Shown: positions 1-12,650 of the stretch, piece after piece
Numbering within the stretch: the first letter of the stretch is position 1
How the letters are laid out: every line of letters begins with the position of its first letter
NCBI GenBank assembly: GCA_045837725.1
Contig: JBEWZL010000049.1
Coordinates: 62,001 to 126,000 of the forward strand
Source of the DNA: Vermamoeba vermiformis
Lineage: Eukaryota
Direction: 5' to 3'
Length of the DNA stretch: 64,000 nucleotides
The notes under the pieces: model-generated
What the model was told of the DNA's origin: nothing
Seen by the model: the letters and a program-made list of their open reading frames with translations, nothing else
Database searches by the model: none
Made by a program: the position numbers and the translations under genes

Positions 1-1127
1 TGTCAATTCTCCATATTACAAGTATTTATCTGGGTAGAAATCGTCAACAACACAAGTAAGTGTCGATGATAAATTAACGACCAAATCCGGATGCAGACTG
101 AAATTTTGCTTAGTGCGCACTGTATACTTCTTCGATCCGTTCAGAAGTAGAGGCGTATACAATATCATCGCATCATTCTTATTAGAAACCCTTCACATGC
201 CCTTGACTTGTAAGTAAATTTCGGATGCAGCAAAAACTTGCCATTTTTAGAGCAGAAACTCTAGCTATTGTCGACGTACTAATATGTCTGAATATAGTCA
301 TTGCTTCGATGCTAGTCTCGTTGTACTGGCTCGAATCTGTCTCTGATTACCTTTCATCAAAACCGACAGCGAAATGGCTGGGCAAAATGTCAGCTCCGTT
401 CTACGTCTTTCTGGGGCTCGTAGCAGCACTATACATCGCATTCTTGACAATGGCCTATTTAGGAAATGAAAACGCTGATGATGTCGTTACTGTCATTTTC
501 GTTTTGTTCGGATGCGCTGCTATAGTTTTGATCGTAGTTGGTATGAAACAGCCATCCAGTTAATCTAACAATATTAACGTGAAATTTGGATATAGGCGCC
601 AAGGTCTTATCAGTTTCGGTTAAATTATCACAAAGTGTGGGCAAAGCCAGTGGACGAAATTTAACTGTCAGAATCGTACGTAACAAGACTCTAAAATACA
701 TTACTGTGAATCTGATAGTATATTATGTACTAGATGACCGTCAAATTGGTGTTTGTAGCGTTAGGAATGATTTTATTGTTAAGCATTTACCCTTCGTACC
801 CGAAAATCAAATCGTAAGTATTTACATCTCATTAATACCGTAGTTTAATGTATATCATATAGTTTGACGTACATAGAACGGTTATTCGGCCAAAACATCA
901 TAATCTTTGGTTCCCTCGCAATTGTATCCATCGCGCAACTTTTGACCATCCAGAAACGAAGACCCTCCAAGTCTTGGACGTCCAATAGCGGTTCTAGTAC
1001 GTCTTACTATCATCTCTTTACTATTTTCGTTGCTAATCATCTAATGTTCTCAGCTAAACTTGGCACCCGTTCAACTTCAAGAACGGATCTCACGCAGGTT
1101 GTTGAACCGCCCACTGTCGTTGTTTAA
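1..1127 (+). CDS. Multi-pass (7TM-like) membrane protein, 5'-truncated, multi-exon
   Basis: Hydrophobic exons (VRTVYFFDPF..., IVIASMLVSLYW..., MTVKLVFVALGMILLL..., IIIFGSLAIVSIAQLL) are separated by GT-AG introns. The Ser/Thr-rich tail ends at TAA 1127. Confidence 0.55.
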
Positions 1128-1382
1128 GCCCTTTTATATTTATCCTGTACTATATGTAAAGTATTTTATTATACAATTAGAGTCGCGACTAATTTTGCTT
1201 CGCTTATATGCTTGGCCAGTACGTACTTAGAAAAATCCGCTTTATTTTAATTGACAAAAAACTGAATACATTATTTTGAACCAATTCGAACTAGTACTCC
1301 ACTCGCTGTATCACTATTAACATATAATAACAACGACTGAAATACTCGCCCGAACGAATAGATCCACACACGAGCGCTTGTT

Positions 1383-3088
1383 TTAACGCTTGACCCATTG
1401 GAAGGCACGACGAGCCTTTCTGCGACCAGGCTTCTTTCTTTCAACTTCACGTGCATCTCTAGTCAAGTAGTTGCCGAGCTTCAATGGTGGGTAAAGTTCT
1501 GGGTCTACGTTCAACAAAGCACGAGCAATAGCAAGGCGAATAGCGCCAGCTTGGCCTGATGGACCACCGCCTGAAGCAGTGATTTCGAGGTCGTATGTGT
1601 TCAGTCGCTCAGTGACCATCAAAGGTTGAATCATGTGATCACGCACGTAAGGCAGCTAACACCAAAAATATCAGCAAATGTTCGCAAAAATTGATTATTG
1701 GCAACAGATCGTGGATCCGTTGACGAGTGCCAAAAGCCATTAACAATACTTACAGGGAAATAATACATCCAGTGTTTACCGTTAATAGTAATATTGCCGG
1801 TACCCTTCTTTAAGTGCACCTATGCAATACAACATGTGAGTTCAATGCGCGAAAGTGCGAGAGCTGCAGATCCGGTGACAAAAAAATAAAATTGTTTTCA
1901 GGAGGTTTATGCTCTGATCACTGATAATCATAAATTAAGCCTCCTAATTTCATCATTAAACAATTTTATCGCCCCACGCGTGCGCGCAGGCAATAGAATG
2001 TAACGTAAAGTATGAGATCCAAAACGTGTTTTGTTCGTACTCATGTAACGAACACGCAACTATTGTGGGACTAAAGTCCCTGCCTTTAACATCTACTTGC
2101 GGCCTATTTAACAATCGCACCATAGAATATTGATTTTAGGTGTAAAATGGTAGTAAACATGACGTTTTTTGACAGTGGATCCAGCAACAGATCCTCATGT
2201 CAGAACGTCAATTCCAAATATGAGGCTTCTTGATTATATACTAGTAGATGCTGCAAATATATATGTCGCGCTTTCATTAACTTAAATTCTTGTAGTATTG
2301 TATAATTGTCATAAAAAGTGCGTGTTCATCGACATGTTTGACAACCTCTGGATCTCTTAGAAATAATCATATGATAACCTTACCTTAGCAGTAGCGCGCT
2401 TCCTTCGGCCAATAGCGATAGTGCTACCATCTTCATAAACTCGAACTGGGCGAGGAGCTGGCGGGACTGGTGAATTCCATACAGCACCAGCGGACGGCAA
2501 TTCAAAAGCTGGAGGTTGAGCAGCCGCATCTTCTCCCCTATAATATACATTACTATTGTATCGATTATGTAGGATATTGAGGCTTTTGAAACTGATCCAG
2601 AGTGAAATCTGGATTTGTTAGTGGATCGATTATTTTGCCTCTAAAAAACCAATACTCATTATAAAATTAAAATAATTACCTAGGGACTACTTTTTCGTCT
2701 TCTTCAGCCTCAGGAATGAATGTAACCTTCATACAATAATTATTCAAATATTCTACATCCAATAATTTTATTTTGCGTGCAAAAATTCATTTAATAGCTA
2801 AATAATGCGCATTATTACCTTCTTCACTGGCGGTGCTTTTTTAATTCCGTAATTAAAATCTTTGAAAACGTCCTGCTTCAATTGTGTCCAGTCATATGAA
2901 TCTTCTTTTGTCAGAACGTTGGGATCGCGTCCGGTTTGATAAATAGATGATGTGTGATAATTATTTTTGGCTGAATTAATAGATCCAAAAACACTCGTTG
3001 CCGCCCGTGTCTTCTGGACAGATGAGATCAACTGCCTCGAGGATCCGCAAGACAAGCTTGCAAATTGCTTAGATAATAACGAAAGCAT
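1383..3088 (-). CDS. MRPS9: Mitochondrial ribosomal protein uS9m
   Basis: Ser/Arg-rich N-terminal presequence (MLSLLSKQFASL...). S9 motifs GRRKRATAKV, GGGPSGQAGAIRLAIARAL and LTRDAREVERKKPGRRKARRAFQWVKR. About 5 exons. Confidence 0.93.
1885..1970 (-). ncRNA. Box C/D snoRNA-like fold-back element, copy 1 (in MRPS9 intron, sense to host)
   Basis: ATGATGA (box C) ... CTGA (box D), closed by a GATAAAATTGTTT/AAACAATTTTATT stem. 83 of 86 nt are identical to 25037-25122. Confidence 0.6.
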
Positions 3089-3376
3089 ATTAAATAAGCT
3101 ATTACTCGGAGAAAATATACAATAAAACAATCGCTATTGCAAAAAACACTAATAACAACTCGTGACTTAACTGCGAATTAAAAAATCATGACTTAACTGA
3201 GCCAGTACACGACATTAAGAGAACTGAAAGATAAATAGACTATGGCGCCACTTCGAGCACAAAAGGGTTAATTTATTCAATATATCACATGTAACTTCAC
3301 GTTCTTTATACAAAATTTAAACAAGGCTTGCAAAAGGTTCTTCGTCTTCCATAGTCTTATTTCGTAACTTCGTAGA

Positions 3377-4687
3377 CTATAGTTGCTGATCAACAATAAA
3401 TCTATTGCCTTCAGACTGACGACCAGTGTACACGTAACGAGTCACACCAAAAGCCGCTCGAACTCCCGATTGATCATTTGTTTCTATATAATACGATTCA
3501 TATGAATACATTGTCATAGAGATGCTATATATGTGTATTATTTAACTTACCAACTGCATCGAGACCCTTAGTTTCGTCAACAACAGGTCCATCTGCTACC
3601 TTCTTTTCGTACTACAATACCAAACATTAGGACATGGATGATAAGGACTATATGTTACAATAATATTCTCTTATAATATATATAGTACTATAAATCGGTA
3701 ATATTACTAAGACATACCTGAGAGGCATCGACACGAGCGACGCGACTGTAATACTTCTCGGCCTCGACACGTTCAGCAGGTGTAACTTGATTCGAGTCCA
3801 AAAACTTTAATGACTTCATACGGGCAAGCACTGTGTATCTGTGTAATAATAAGACCGTCAGTATTGTGCTAACGAATCTTTTGTGCACGCTAATGAAAGG
3901 TTCACACGGGGTCGAAAAATTCATAACAAATTCTTATTGTTGTGTGGCTGTATATAGAATAATTCTACGAGTATTAATATATCTATATAATATTTTCTTC
4001 TGATTTTTTGCTCGTTTGGTGCATTTCGGCTGGATCGGATCATCGTGACATGCTGTCAATATGTATTAAATCGTACCTGTATCGTTGATATGCTTGACTG
4101 TCTTTGCCAACGAAATAATTAGGACAGCACGGGTTCTTCAGCATGCTGAGATACTTCAAGTTTGGAAATTTGTCGTGAATAGCGTTCAAAAATATATCTA
4201 AATTATCAATGTATGAAAGTGTTAAGGAGAATAACGATCAGGAAAAATAGCATTAATATCGTAATAAATGGTGTTATAAGGATATATTATTTCCGTTGAC
4301 CCAAAGAGTTTCTAGCGAGTCAATCCGAGGAAATTCTTGTTGGCTGACTAAACTATTATTATCGATGACCAATGAGCTAAGACTGGCAAACAAATGAATA
4401 TTTTCCACGGTCCTATCGAAAGTTAAGGCTTAATATTGCTAGAATAATAATATAATCGAAAATATTCAATCTACAATGTAACATAATTTTAAAGCGCACT
4501 GACAATTGCACCATCGTGCAAATAATTTATACAGATATTCTAACGCTTACTTGAGTGAATTTTCGGTCAGATCCAATCGTTTGACGATGTGACCATACTT
4601 CGTTCCTAGTTCTGGTGGAATATGCTCCAAGCCCTGTCCAACGATTGATAAACTATCGCCGTTGAGAGATACAGTTATATTATCCAT
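3377..4687 (-). CDS. LRMDA: LRR protein, LRMDA/C10orf11-like
   Basis: SDS22-type LRRs (LDLTENSL, LVIDNNSL, LWVNGNNI) and an LRRcap (YLSMLKNPCCPNY...YRYTVLARMKSLKFLD). The C-terminus FGVTRYVYTGRQSEGNRFIVDQQL matches the recalled LRMDA end. Confidence 0.8.
4211..4285 (-). other. U12-type (minor spliceosome) AT-AC intron
   Basis: 5' site ATATCCTT, branch site TCCTTAAC 10 nt before a terminal AC. Removal gives LWVNGNN|IDNLDIFL; retention hits an in-frame TAA. Confidence 0.9.
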
Positions 4688-5218
4688 GTCGCAGGTATTG
4701 AATCGAATACCGCACAATAAATTTCAACAGAAAATGTCGCTTCTGGCGACTGCCTCCCGGTTAGTAGGGAGTCTTTTTAGGGGCTTGTTTTGGCCTCGAA
4801 CATCGCCCCTTCATTGCCCTGCCTCGTTGCAAATGTATAGACACATGACGTACCGTAATTAAGTCGGTAAGTGTTGATAGATGGAGGAAGATGCATCGCA
4901 GATGCAAACTGATTATTAGCTTGGTGATTACGTTGATGAAATTGTATCTTGCCCTCCGCGGATCATAATGAAGATTAAGATAACGGAGTAATAAGGGACT
5001 CCTCTGAGTTATCACCAACTTTTATTGATTTTTTTTTTTGATTTTCTGCATCTTGTAACAGTCATTTGATTAATCATTTTTTATTTATTTTAGGATTTAT
5101 ACAGTGTCAATGCGCCATCATTCATGTCAAAGACTACGCACAGGTTTCTTTTTAAAATTATTTACAAGTGAGATTCGCCTGTTCGGCATCTGGAGGGCGG
5201 GCTCGCGTTACTGCGTGC

Positions 5219-5778
5219 TTACTCGTCCTTCTCTTCGCTAGCTTCCAAGTAGCAATAAGTCATACCGGCGGCTTCGAGCAAAGCCAAGCCAATCTTAACA
5301 ATTTCGAAGGTTTTGTCGCTCGATGAGATCCATCCTTGAGAGAAGGCGTACAGACGTGTGCCGATCACGTAAAGATCGCCACTAAAGATGCTGCATGCAA
5401 GGGCTTTCTTCAACTTGCTGTTCTTCTTTTCACGAGAAGCAGTGAAGGCGAGGTAGCTGATGATACCGATGGTCCATCCAAGTCCCTAAAGAAATCGTTA
5501 GTAAGTTTGCTGGGCAATATCTAAATTAATTGCACGAGCGTGTGCATAAATCAAAGCTTTTCGAACAAAACTTACTCGCATAATGGTCGAATCGGTGGTT
5601 CCAACTGGAAGTGGTGGCTTAATCAAGTACATTGCAGCTGAGAAGATAAAGAATTATTTTTCTAATTTTCTGCAGCATGTTGGCGAGGTATTTCAGTAGG
5701 AGCTCGCAACTTACCTCCAGCAGCGTTCAGGACGGCAGACTCCATCCAGATGTTGCGCGTGGTGAAGATTTTGCTCAT
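5219..5778 (-). CDS. Small multi-pass membrane protein (~130 aa, 3 exons)
   Basis: MSKIFTTRNIW...|AAMYLIKPP...|GLGWTIGIISYLAF...EASEEKDE*. Canonical introns and about 4 hydrophobic segments. Confidence 0.65.
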
Positions 5779-6284
5779 TGTTCAATGTAAGTTCGTTAGA
5801 TATTGTGTTGTTCTTAGTCGAGGTTGTTGACTGATACTGTCAGCAATAACACGTGTTATTTATAGATTTTTCTTTCTGGGGTGAGTTCAAGTTCTGAATT
5901 TACCTTAAGTTCACGCGTACGAGAAGCTCACGAGCGTCAATTTGCAGCCACAAATAAACTGCACGAAGTTAATTTTAGCTTTGCATCGCAAAATGAGTTT
6001 AGCTACGGGCTTTAGGTATGCAAAGCGCGAGAACTATGTTTCCTCAGGACTCCATCTGGACCACTGAACACTTCGGTTCACTTGCTTCGTACGGCCTGAC
6101 ATAGTGACATACGGAAGTTGACGGTGACGTGCGCATGGTGGTCAACCGGTTTCTTGTTTTGTTATTTTATCAAGAACGGATCCAAATAAAGCTTGAGAAT
6201 TCTCGTTTAGCATTTATTCTCAATTTTTTGATCAACAACCACACCCATTTTTGTATTATATATTTGTAGATAAATTCGTCCGTT

Positions 6285-8509
6285 ATGGAAAAGAAAAGTA
6301 AACAGTCGAAAGAACAGAAGAACAAGATTCTGTTTGATCTGTCAGAAGACTTTTATGCGAATACAAAAATTATTTCAGTAACAGACACTCAAAATGCGAA
6401 AGTAGTATTACCAGCGTACGTTTGATCGCGTTGTATAATTTTTCTAAATTAATTACTCAATTTTCGTAATTAGTGAAGATAAAACGACAGAGGAGCTCGA
6501 TGACGAGTCCAGCGAAGAAGAAAAAATCGTAGATAATTCAGAAAAAAAGGTCGGAGTTGCACCAAACAAGGTTATACAGCCCGGCATGACGTGCCGAAAT
6601 TGCGGGATCGAGTTTACTTCAATCGACCAGCAACACCAGCACTTCAAGAGCGATTGGCATAGATTTAATCTACGACTTAAAATGAACAACTTGAAGGCAG
6701 TCTCATTTCAAGAATTTACAGAGTTACGAAATTCAGGAGGTAACGTTACGCGACATCCAGCATGTTCAGCGAGCTTTGTTAACGAGACTTATATCTTCAG
6801 ATATCTCCAGCAGCGATGAAAGCAGCGATGACGAGGACTACAAGAAGGACCTCGAGAAGGAAGCCATCGAGTTGAAAAAAGAAGCCGAGCAAGAAGTTGA
6901 ACTTGCGACACAAGGCCATAAATCCCCGAAAGTTACATTTACAACGCCCGATGGCACTCAATTTATCATATGGCGTTACGTACTCGACTACGTCGCACCT
7001 GGCGTTAAGAAGTTAGGTCCTAATGAAACAGCCGATCAAAGCTACTACATCCAGAAGTTGCGGACAATGAAGCAGAACAAAACTTGGGCTATTTTGATGA
7101 TCAGCGGCGGTTACTTTGCTGGTTCTATTTTTGAAGGGCACAAGAACCTCGCTCATAAAACTATCCGAAGATACACGACACGAAGGAAGCAAGGAGGAAG
7201 CCAAAGCTCAAAGGACAAGCAAGGCAAGAATATTCAAAGTGCTGGTGCGATGATTCGTCGTGCCAACGAGAAGAAGTTGCGCGAAGAAATTCACGAAATT
7301 ATGACTGTGGATTGGAAGCCAATGCTGCAGGCGTGCAACTTGATCTTCATGTTTGCGCCCGGATCCAACAAGACTTACTTTGTTAACTTGGATGGAGCAT
7401 TACCTGGACTTCTCGATAAGCAAGACCCTAGAATACATAGTGTGCCGTTTACTACTCGTCGCCCAACACTTGTGGAGATCAAGCGGATCCACAGTATCTT
7501 GAGCACTGTAGAGTTCGGCAAGGTGGAGGAGCAACCTATTGAACAAGCACAGCCGATAGAAGTCGTCGAAAAGAAGCCCGTGCAAGTACAACCTGATCCA
7601 ACGTTTGTTGTTGAATCAAAGAAACCTTCAACAAACCCGGTGGATCTCGTCAATCTCCTCGTTGAAGCTGCTCGATCGGGCGATGTTGCAAAACTGCAAG
7701 AACTCTACGACTCTGACTATCGAGCACCAGTATATGAAGCTAGAGATCTCATCACACCGCTTTATGTCGCCGCGCAAGCGGGCCATATGCCCGTCGTACA
7801 GTACTTGTGTGAGAGTGCTCACGTCAATGTGAACATTCAGATACCCAAGCACACGCTGCACACCGCTTTGCACGTTGCATCACTTAATGGTCATAATGAT
7901 ATTGTGGAGTACTTGTTGCACCATGGTGCGGATCCATCACTCAAAGGTATCGACTCGAAATCTCCATACGACGTTTCGAAGGACAAAAACACGCGAGCAG
8001 TATTTAGAAAGTTCGCAGGTATGTTATTATACTGTCCTTATACCATGCATTTTACTCAGATACCCTTTTTAGGTGCGAATCCGGAGATGTGGAACTGGCA
8101 CAGCCTTGGTGTGCCACCCTTGACGGACGAGGAAGAGCGTGAGCTTGAACAAAAGCGTGCTGAGAAGAAGAAACAAAAGAAAAAGCAGCAACAACAACGA
8201 GCTAAGCAAAAGAAGCAGGAAGAAGAGGAGAAGAAAAAAAAAGAGGAGGAAGAGCTCAGGATCAAGCGAGAGAAAGAAGCAGCTGAAAAAGAGGCAGCGG
8301 CTGTCGAGAGGGCTAGACAAGAGAAGTTGAAGAACATGACGGACAGAGAAAAGCGAGCTCTTGCTGCTGAGAACCGGTTGAAGGGAATCGAGAATTGCGC
8401 GAACTGCGGCAAACCTTTAACTGGCCTCGTGCCATTTGAACGACTAATATACAAGTATTGTACTACACAATGTGTGCTTCAACACCGCAAGAAGCTCGAG
8501 ACAAAATGA
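6285..8509 (+). CDS. ANKZF1: ANKZF1/Vms1 peptidyl-tRNA release factor (ribosome quality control)
   Basis: C2H2 finger (CRNC...HFKSDWHRFNL), VLRF1 domain (HKTIRRYTTRRKQGGSQS), ankyrin repeats, coiled coil and a C-terminal treble clef (CANC...YCTTQCVLQH). Confidence 0.93.
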
Positions 8510-8800
8510 GTATACCGGCTCACAATAATAAACCGCGTCTTGGATGCGAAATGTACAAACGGCGTTAATTTCAGTTATATTTATCGTTTTCACTCTGACG
8601 TACTCTTGAACGGAAGATTCTACTTGATATTTCAATGACATGTAATCTGGTACCGGTACGAAATTTGTATCTCGCGGGAGATTTTCCCGTGCTACTGTTT
8701 CTTTTTTCGGTCTTTGCCCTGCCCGCGGTGTTAGCCGAATAAAACAAAAACAGATACGGTATGAAGACCACACGTGTACATATTATAACAATATAGATAA

Positions 8801-11800
8801 ATGATGAAAAAGAGGTTATCAACCGGGATCAAAGACTCCGACAGAAAGAAACGGAGCAAGTCGGACACTCCTGTGTCCCTTATGAACATGCCACCTATGC
8901 CGGCCGCATCTGTGGTAGAATCAGAAATGGAGTCTCTTGCTGTAAGTGCTTGAATTCAAATTTTCTTCTCCGATCGACCGAAATCTGAAATTTATATTTT
9001 ATTAGTCTGAGTTAGGCCTATCAGCAGAGAGATTAGCAGCACTGCCATTGGATCAAAAATGGTTATTAGTTTGTCAATCGAGGGAAAAAGAAGGAGATTC
9101 AGAAGTAGCCGAGATCGTTAAAAAATTATCGAAAGGAAAAGTCAATTTAAAGGAGATGATTAGGATTAGGACTTTATTAAATTCACAACCAGTGGGATGG
9201 GTCAGAAATTTTCTTAGCAAGAAAGGTCATATTTATTTATTCGAAATGTTCCGTTCTGCGGCTCAGCGAACCAAATCTCCAAAGTAAGTACCATTTCAAA
9301 GAATTTGCGCGTACGGAAGATTTTGTTCGATCATGGCCCGTTCAAAAAATACTTTAAGGAAATTTTAGCCAATAATTTATATTTTTGTAATTGCCGACAA
9401 CTTGTGCTAATTTTAAAATAGATCTAGAACAAACGCTTTGGAAGAAGATGATATGATCGCCGAGTGCTGTCGTGCTGTAAAGGCCCTCATGAACTTCGTA
9501 AGTATTCTTCTGGTGGCTTCACTTTCTGGTACAATTCCAAATTTATTGATACTAACACGCTCGTACAGAAAGAAGGATTTTCGCGTATTTTAGAAATTGA
9601 TGATTCCATGAATCTGCTACTACTGAGCATGGACTACATTAACATGGTCTCGCAATCAAGCGTGTTGATGGTGTTGGCCGCAGTTTGCGTAGTGTCACGA
9701 AGCGCCCAAACTAGAATTGTAGATGATATTCGAGGCAACAATAGATTCGCAACCATTGTAAATTTTATGCGAACAAAAGACGAAGATCTGAAGGTACGTT
9801 CTAACAGCGGATCTAACGACAGCTGTTCTGACCTTTGTATAGATTGGTGCTTTGACTTTTATCAATTCCTTACTACGAGGTGCCGAGGACTCAAGTTCTC
9901 GATGTAAATTACGAGCTGAATTTATGAGGCATGGCTTGGCGGATGTCATGAAGGTAATCCCAAACCGACTTTTGCTTCCGTTCTTGAAACTAACTCTATC
10001 GTTTTAGTTCGTCAAACAGACCAAAAATGATACACTACTCACGCAAGTGCTGGTCTTCGATGAGTCACTGCAAGGTGACGCCGATGGCATGGAGTTGTAC
10101 AGACCCAAGGAGAGCAAGTAAGTTATTGCAATACACGCGTATTCGGCTCGTCTAACAGTTGGCACTAGTGACAAGGAGTATCTGAAGCGAATTGACGCGC
10201 TCGAGCAGAAAGTTAAAGAGTTGACATTTGAGAACGATCGATTGAAGATTGAGTTAGACAAAGCGATGAAAGCAGGTCAGTACCATAATCACAGTGTAGT
10301 ATTGAGCGAGCGATTAACCTCTATTAGGACCATCTAAAGCAGTTGGTGTCGAATCGTTGGCTTCAAACGCAAGTACGTTTATTGGGATATGACTTGCCTC
10401 GTGATTGTGAGTAATTGATCTGTTTAGGTTCCGCCACAGAAAGCACTTCAAGTGAAGTAGCAACAAACACAGACGCAGGTAATGCCTCGGGACCTCCACC
10501 ACCACCTCCTCCTGGTGGTGATCTCTCGGGACCACCTCCTCCGCCTCCACCTCCAGGCGGTGCTGCTGAAGATGGTGGTCCACCGCCCCCGCCCCCACCA
10601 CCAGGAGGTGCAGGAGGACCACCACCACCTCCACCTCCACCAGGCGGCGGCCCACCAGGCCCACCACCTCCACCCGGCGCACCAGCTGCTAACAGACTGC
10701 CACCTAAGAAGAAAATACAACCCGGCAAGAAAATGCGAGGATTTGTTTGGACTCAAATTGCCGATAGTAAAATCACGGACACCGTGTGGTACGCACAAGC
10801 GAGAATGAAGTTTCCACAAAAACAACTAACGATGAGCTATATCAATAGGGAGAAACTAACGGATGAAAAGATTAAACTTGATGTCAAAGAATTAGAAGAT
10901 TTATTTGCAGCCGCTGGTCCTCCACCAAAAGCTGATGGTGCGTCCGGGGATTCAGGGACCCCTGCTGGTAGCGCTGCTGCGCCAAAAAAGCCTCAAGTTG
11001 TTCATATTTTGGATCCTCGCAAAGTCAACAATATCGGTACGAACATAATTGCAAATTGTCTGAGTCGGTATTAACGATTACTTTGCAGAAATTATGCTCA
11101 AGGGCACAAAGATGTCGCCTGTGGAGATCAAGTTGGCCGTATTATCACTAGACGAGTCTGTTTTGACCGCCGACAGACTGAAGGCAATGAAAGATTTCGT
11201 ACCAAACGCGGAAGAAGTCAAGTTATTGCAAGATTACGGAAACAAGTCCGAGCTAGGCAATGCGGAGCAATATTACTTACAAGTATGTAATTCTATCAGT
11301 CAAAATGATTCATATTAATAGTCTTTATTAGATTATGGAGGTCCCGAAGTTAGTCCAGCGAATCAATGCGCTGGTCTACAAATCAAATTTTGAAGAAAAA
11401 TCGCAGTCGCTGATTGAAGAGACCACGATCTTGAAGACAGCTCTCAAGTGCCTCAAGGGCAACGACAAGTTTTTGAAGGTGTTGGAATACATTCTGGCCA
11501 TCGGTAACTACCTCAACGGAGGAACAAATCGAGGAGGCGCCTACGGCTTCCGATTGGCATCCTTGCCGAAGTTGGGTGAAGTCAAGTCTCAAAACGGTCG
11601 CGATACTTTGATGCATTACCTCGCTGAGTTCATCGAAAAGAGAGAAAAATCGTTGCTGTCATTTGTCGAAGACTTGAAGAGCGTCCAGAATGCCGCTCGA
11701 GGTACGATATTATTATCACTACTAGTATGATAATGATAGCTAATGTGCGCATAGTCAATCTTAAGGAAACTGCTGGTCGCATCACGGAGCTGAAAACAGG

Positions 11801-12455
11801 CTATGAGCAACTTGATCGTGAGTTGAAAGCACCCGATGCGGACATCAAGTTCAAAGGAGCATTGGAAGGATTTGTCAACAAGATCGGCAAGATCATTCAG
11901 GACTTGGAGAAGTCTTCTACCGAAATTGACAACAACTTCAAGGAGTGCTTGAAGTTCTACGGCGAGCCTCCTGCCACAGATGCCGAGACCTTCTTTGGCA
12001 ACATTGCAACTTTTGTTGCCAGCTTCGAAGTAAGTCCTTTTGATATTACTCACTGTTAGGCCGCTGATTTAATGTATTTTTATTATAGAAAGCGCAACAG
12101 GATATTATACGAAACCGTCAGCTGGCCTTGAAAGAAGAGATGGCACGTCAACGAGAGATGGAGCGAGAACAGTTGAAGGTTCGTTATTTATCTTAAGTAC
12201 ATGGACTAAATAGTTAATGTTTATTTATAGTCTAAGAGGGCATCGACTGGAACATCAGTGACTACACCGTCCTTGACGAATAGCGTATCCGGATCTCCAT
12301 CGACGTCGATCGGCAGACTGAAGTCTAAGGGAGCTCTCGACGATGTTATTAATAATTTGAAGGCTGGTCAGTTCGGTTTACGAAGTACATCAGGAGAGCA
12401 CAAAGTATTTGGTAATGCGAATGGACCGAAGAGGCAACTGAACTTCAAAGAGTAA
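8801..12455 (+). CDS. Diaphanous-related formin (GBD/FH3-FH1-FH2-DAD)
   Basis: N-terminal GBD-like exons (LDQKWLLV, SQPVGWVRNFL), polyproline FH1 at ~10490-10680, FH2 (LAIGNYLNGG...GAYGFRLASLPKL) and DAD-like GALDDVINNLKAG. Confidence 0.93.
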
Positions 12456-12650
12456 ACCGGATCTGCGCTGTTGAGCTTCAACTCAACATTTTGTATCTAT
12501 ATAAATTCTCCTTGTAAATAAATACCGACAATTTATGAAAATTATGTGCCGGATGGAGCACGTGACTTTGTTCTTTCCCAGAACTGTTGCCAGTTTTTCT
12601 TTCATTCGCGTAACAAAACGATTACAACAACTCTTTGTATTATTTTAAAA

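Noticed and set aside
2540-2640. ATATCCTA in an MRPS9 intron as a second U12 donor
   Set aside because: It deviates from RTATCCTT, has no U12 branch site, and a single GT-AG intron already keeps the frame.
6040-6150. Small hairpins between the membrane-protein gene and ANKZF1 as an ncRNA
   Set aside because: Short stems with no boxes or terminator; better explained as divergent-promoter motifs (TGACGT, CGGAAGT).
10314-10825. Multiple overlapping Gly-, His- or Trp-rich ORFs
   Set aside because: Frame shadows of the formin FH1 polyproline tract.
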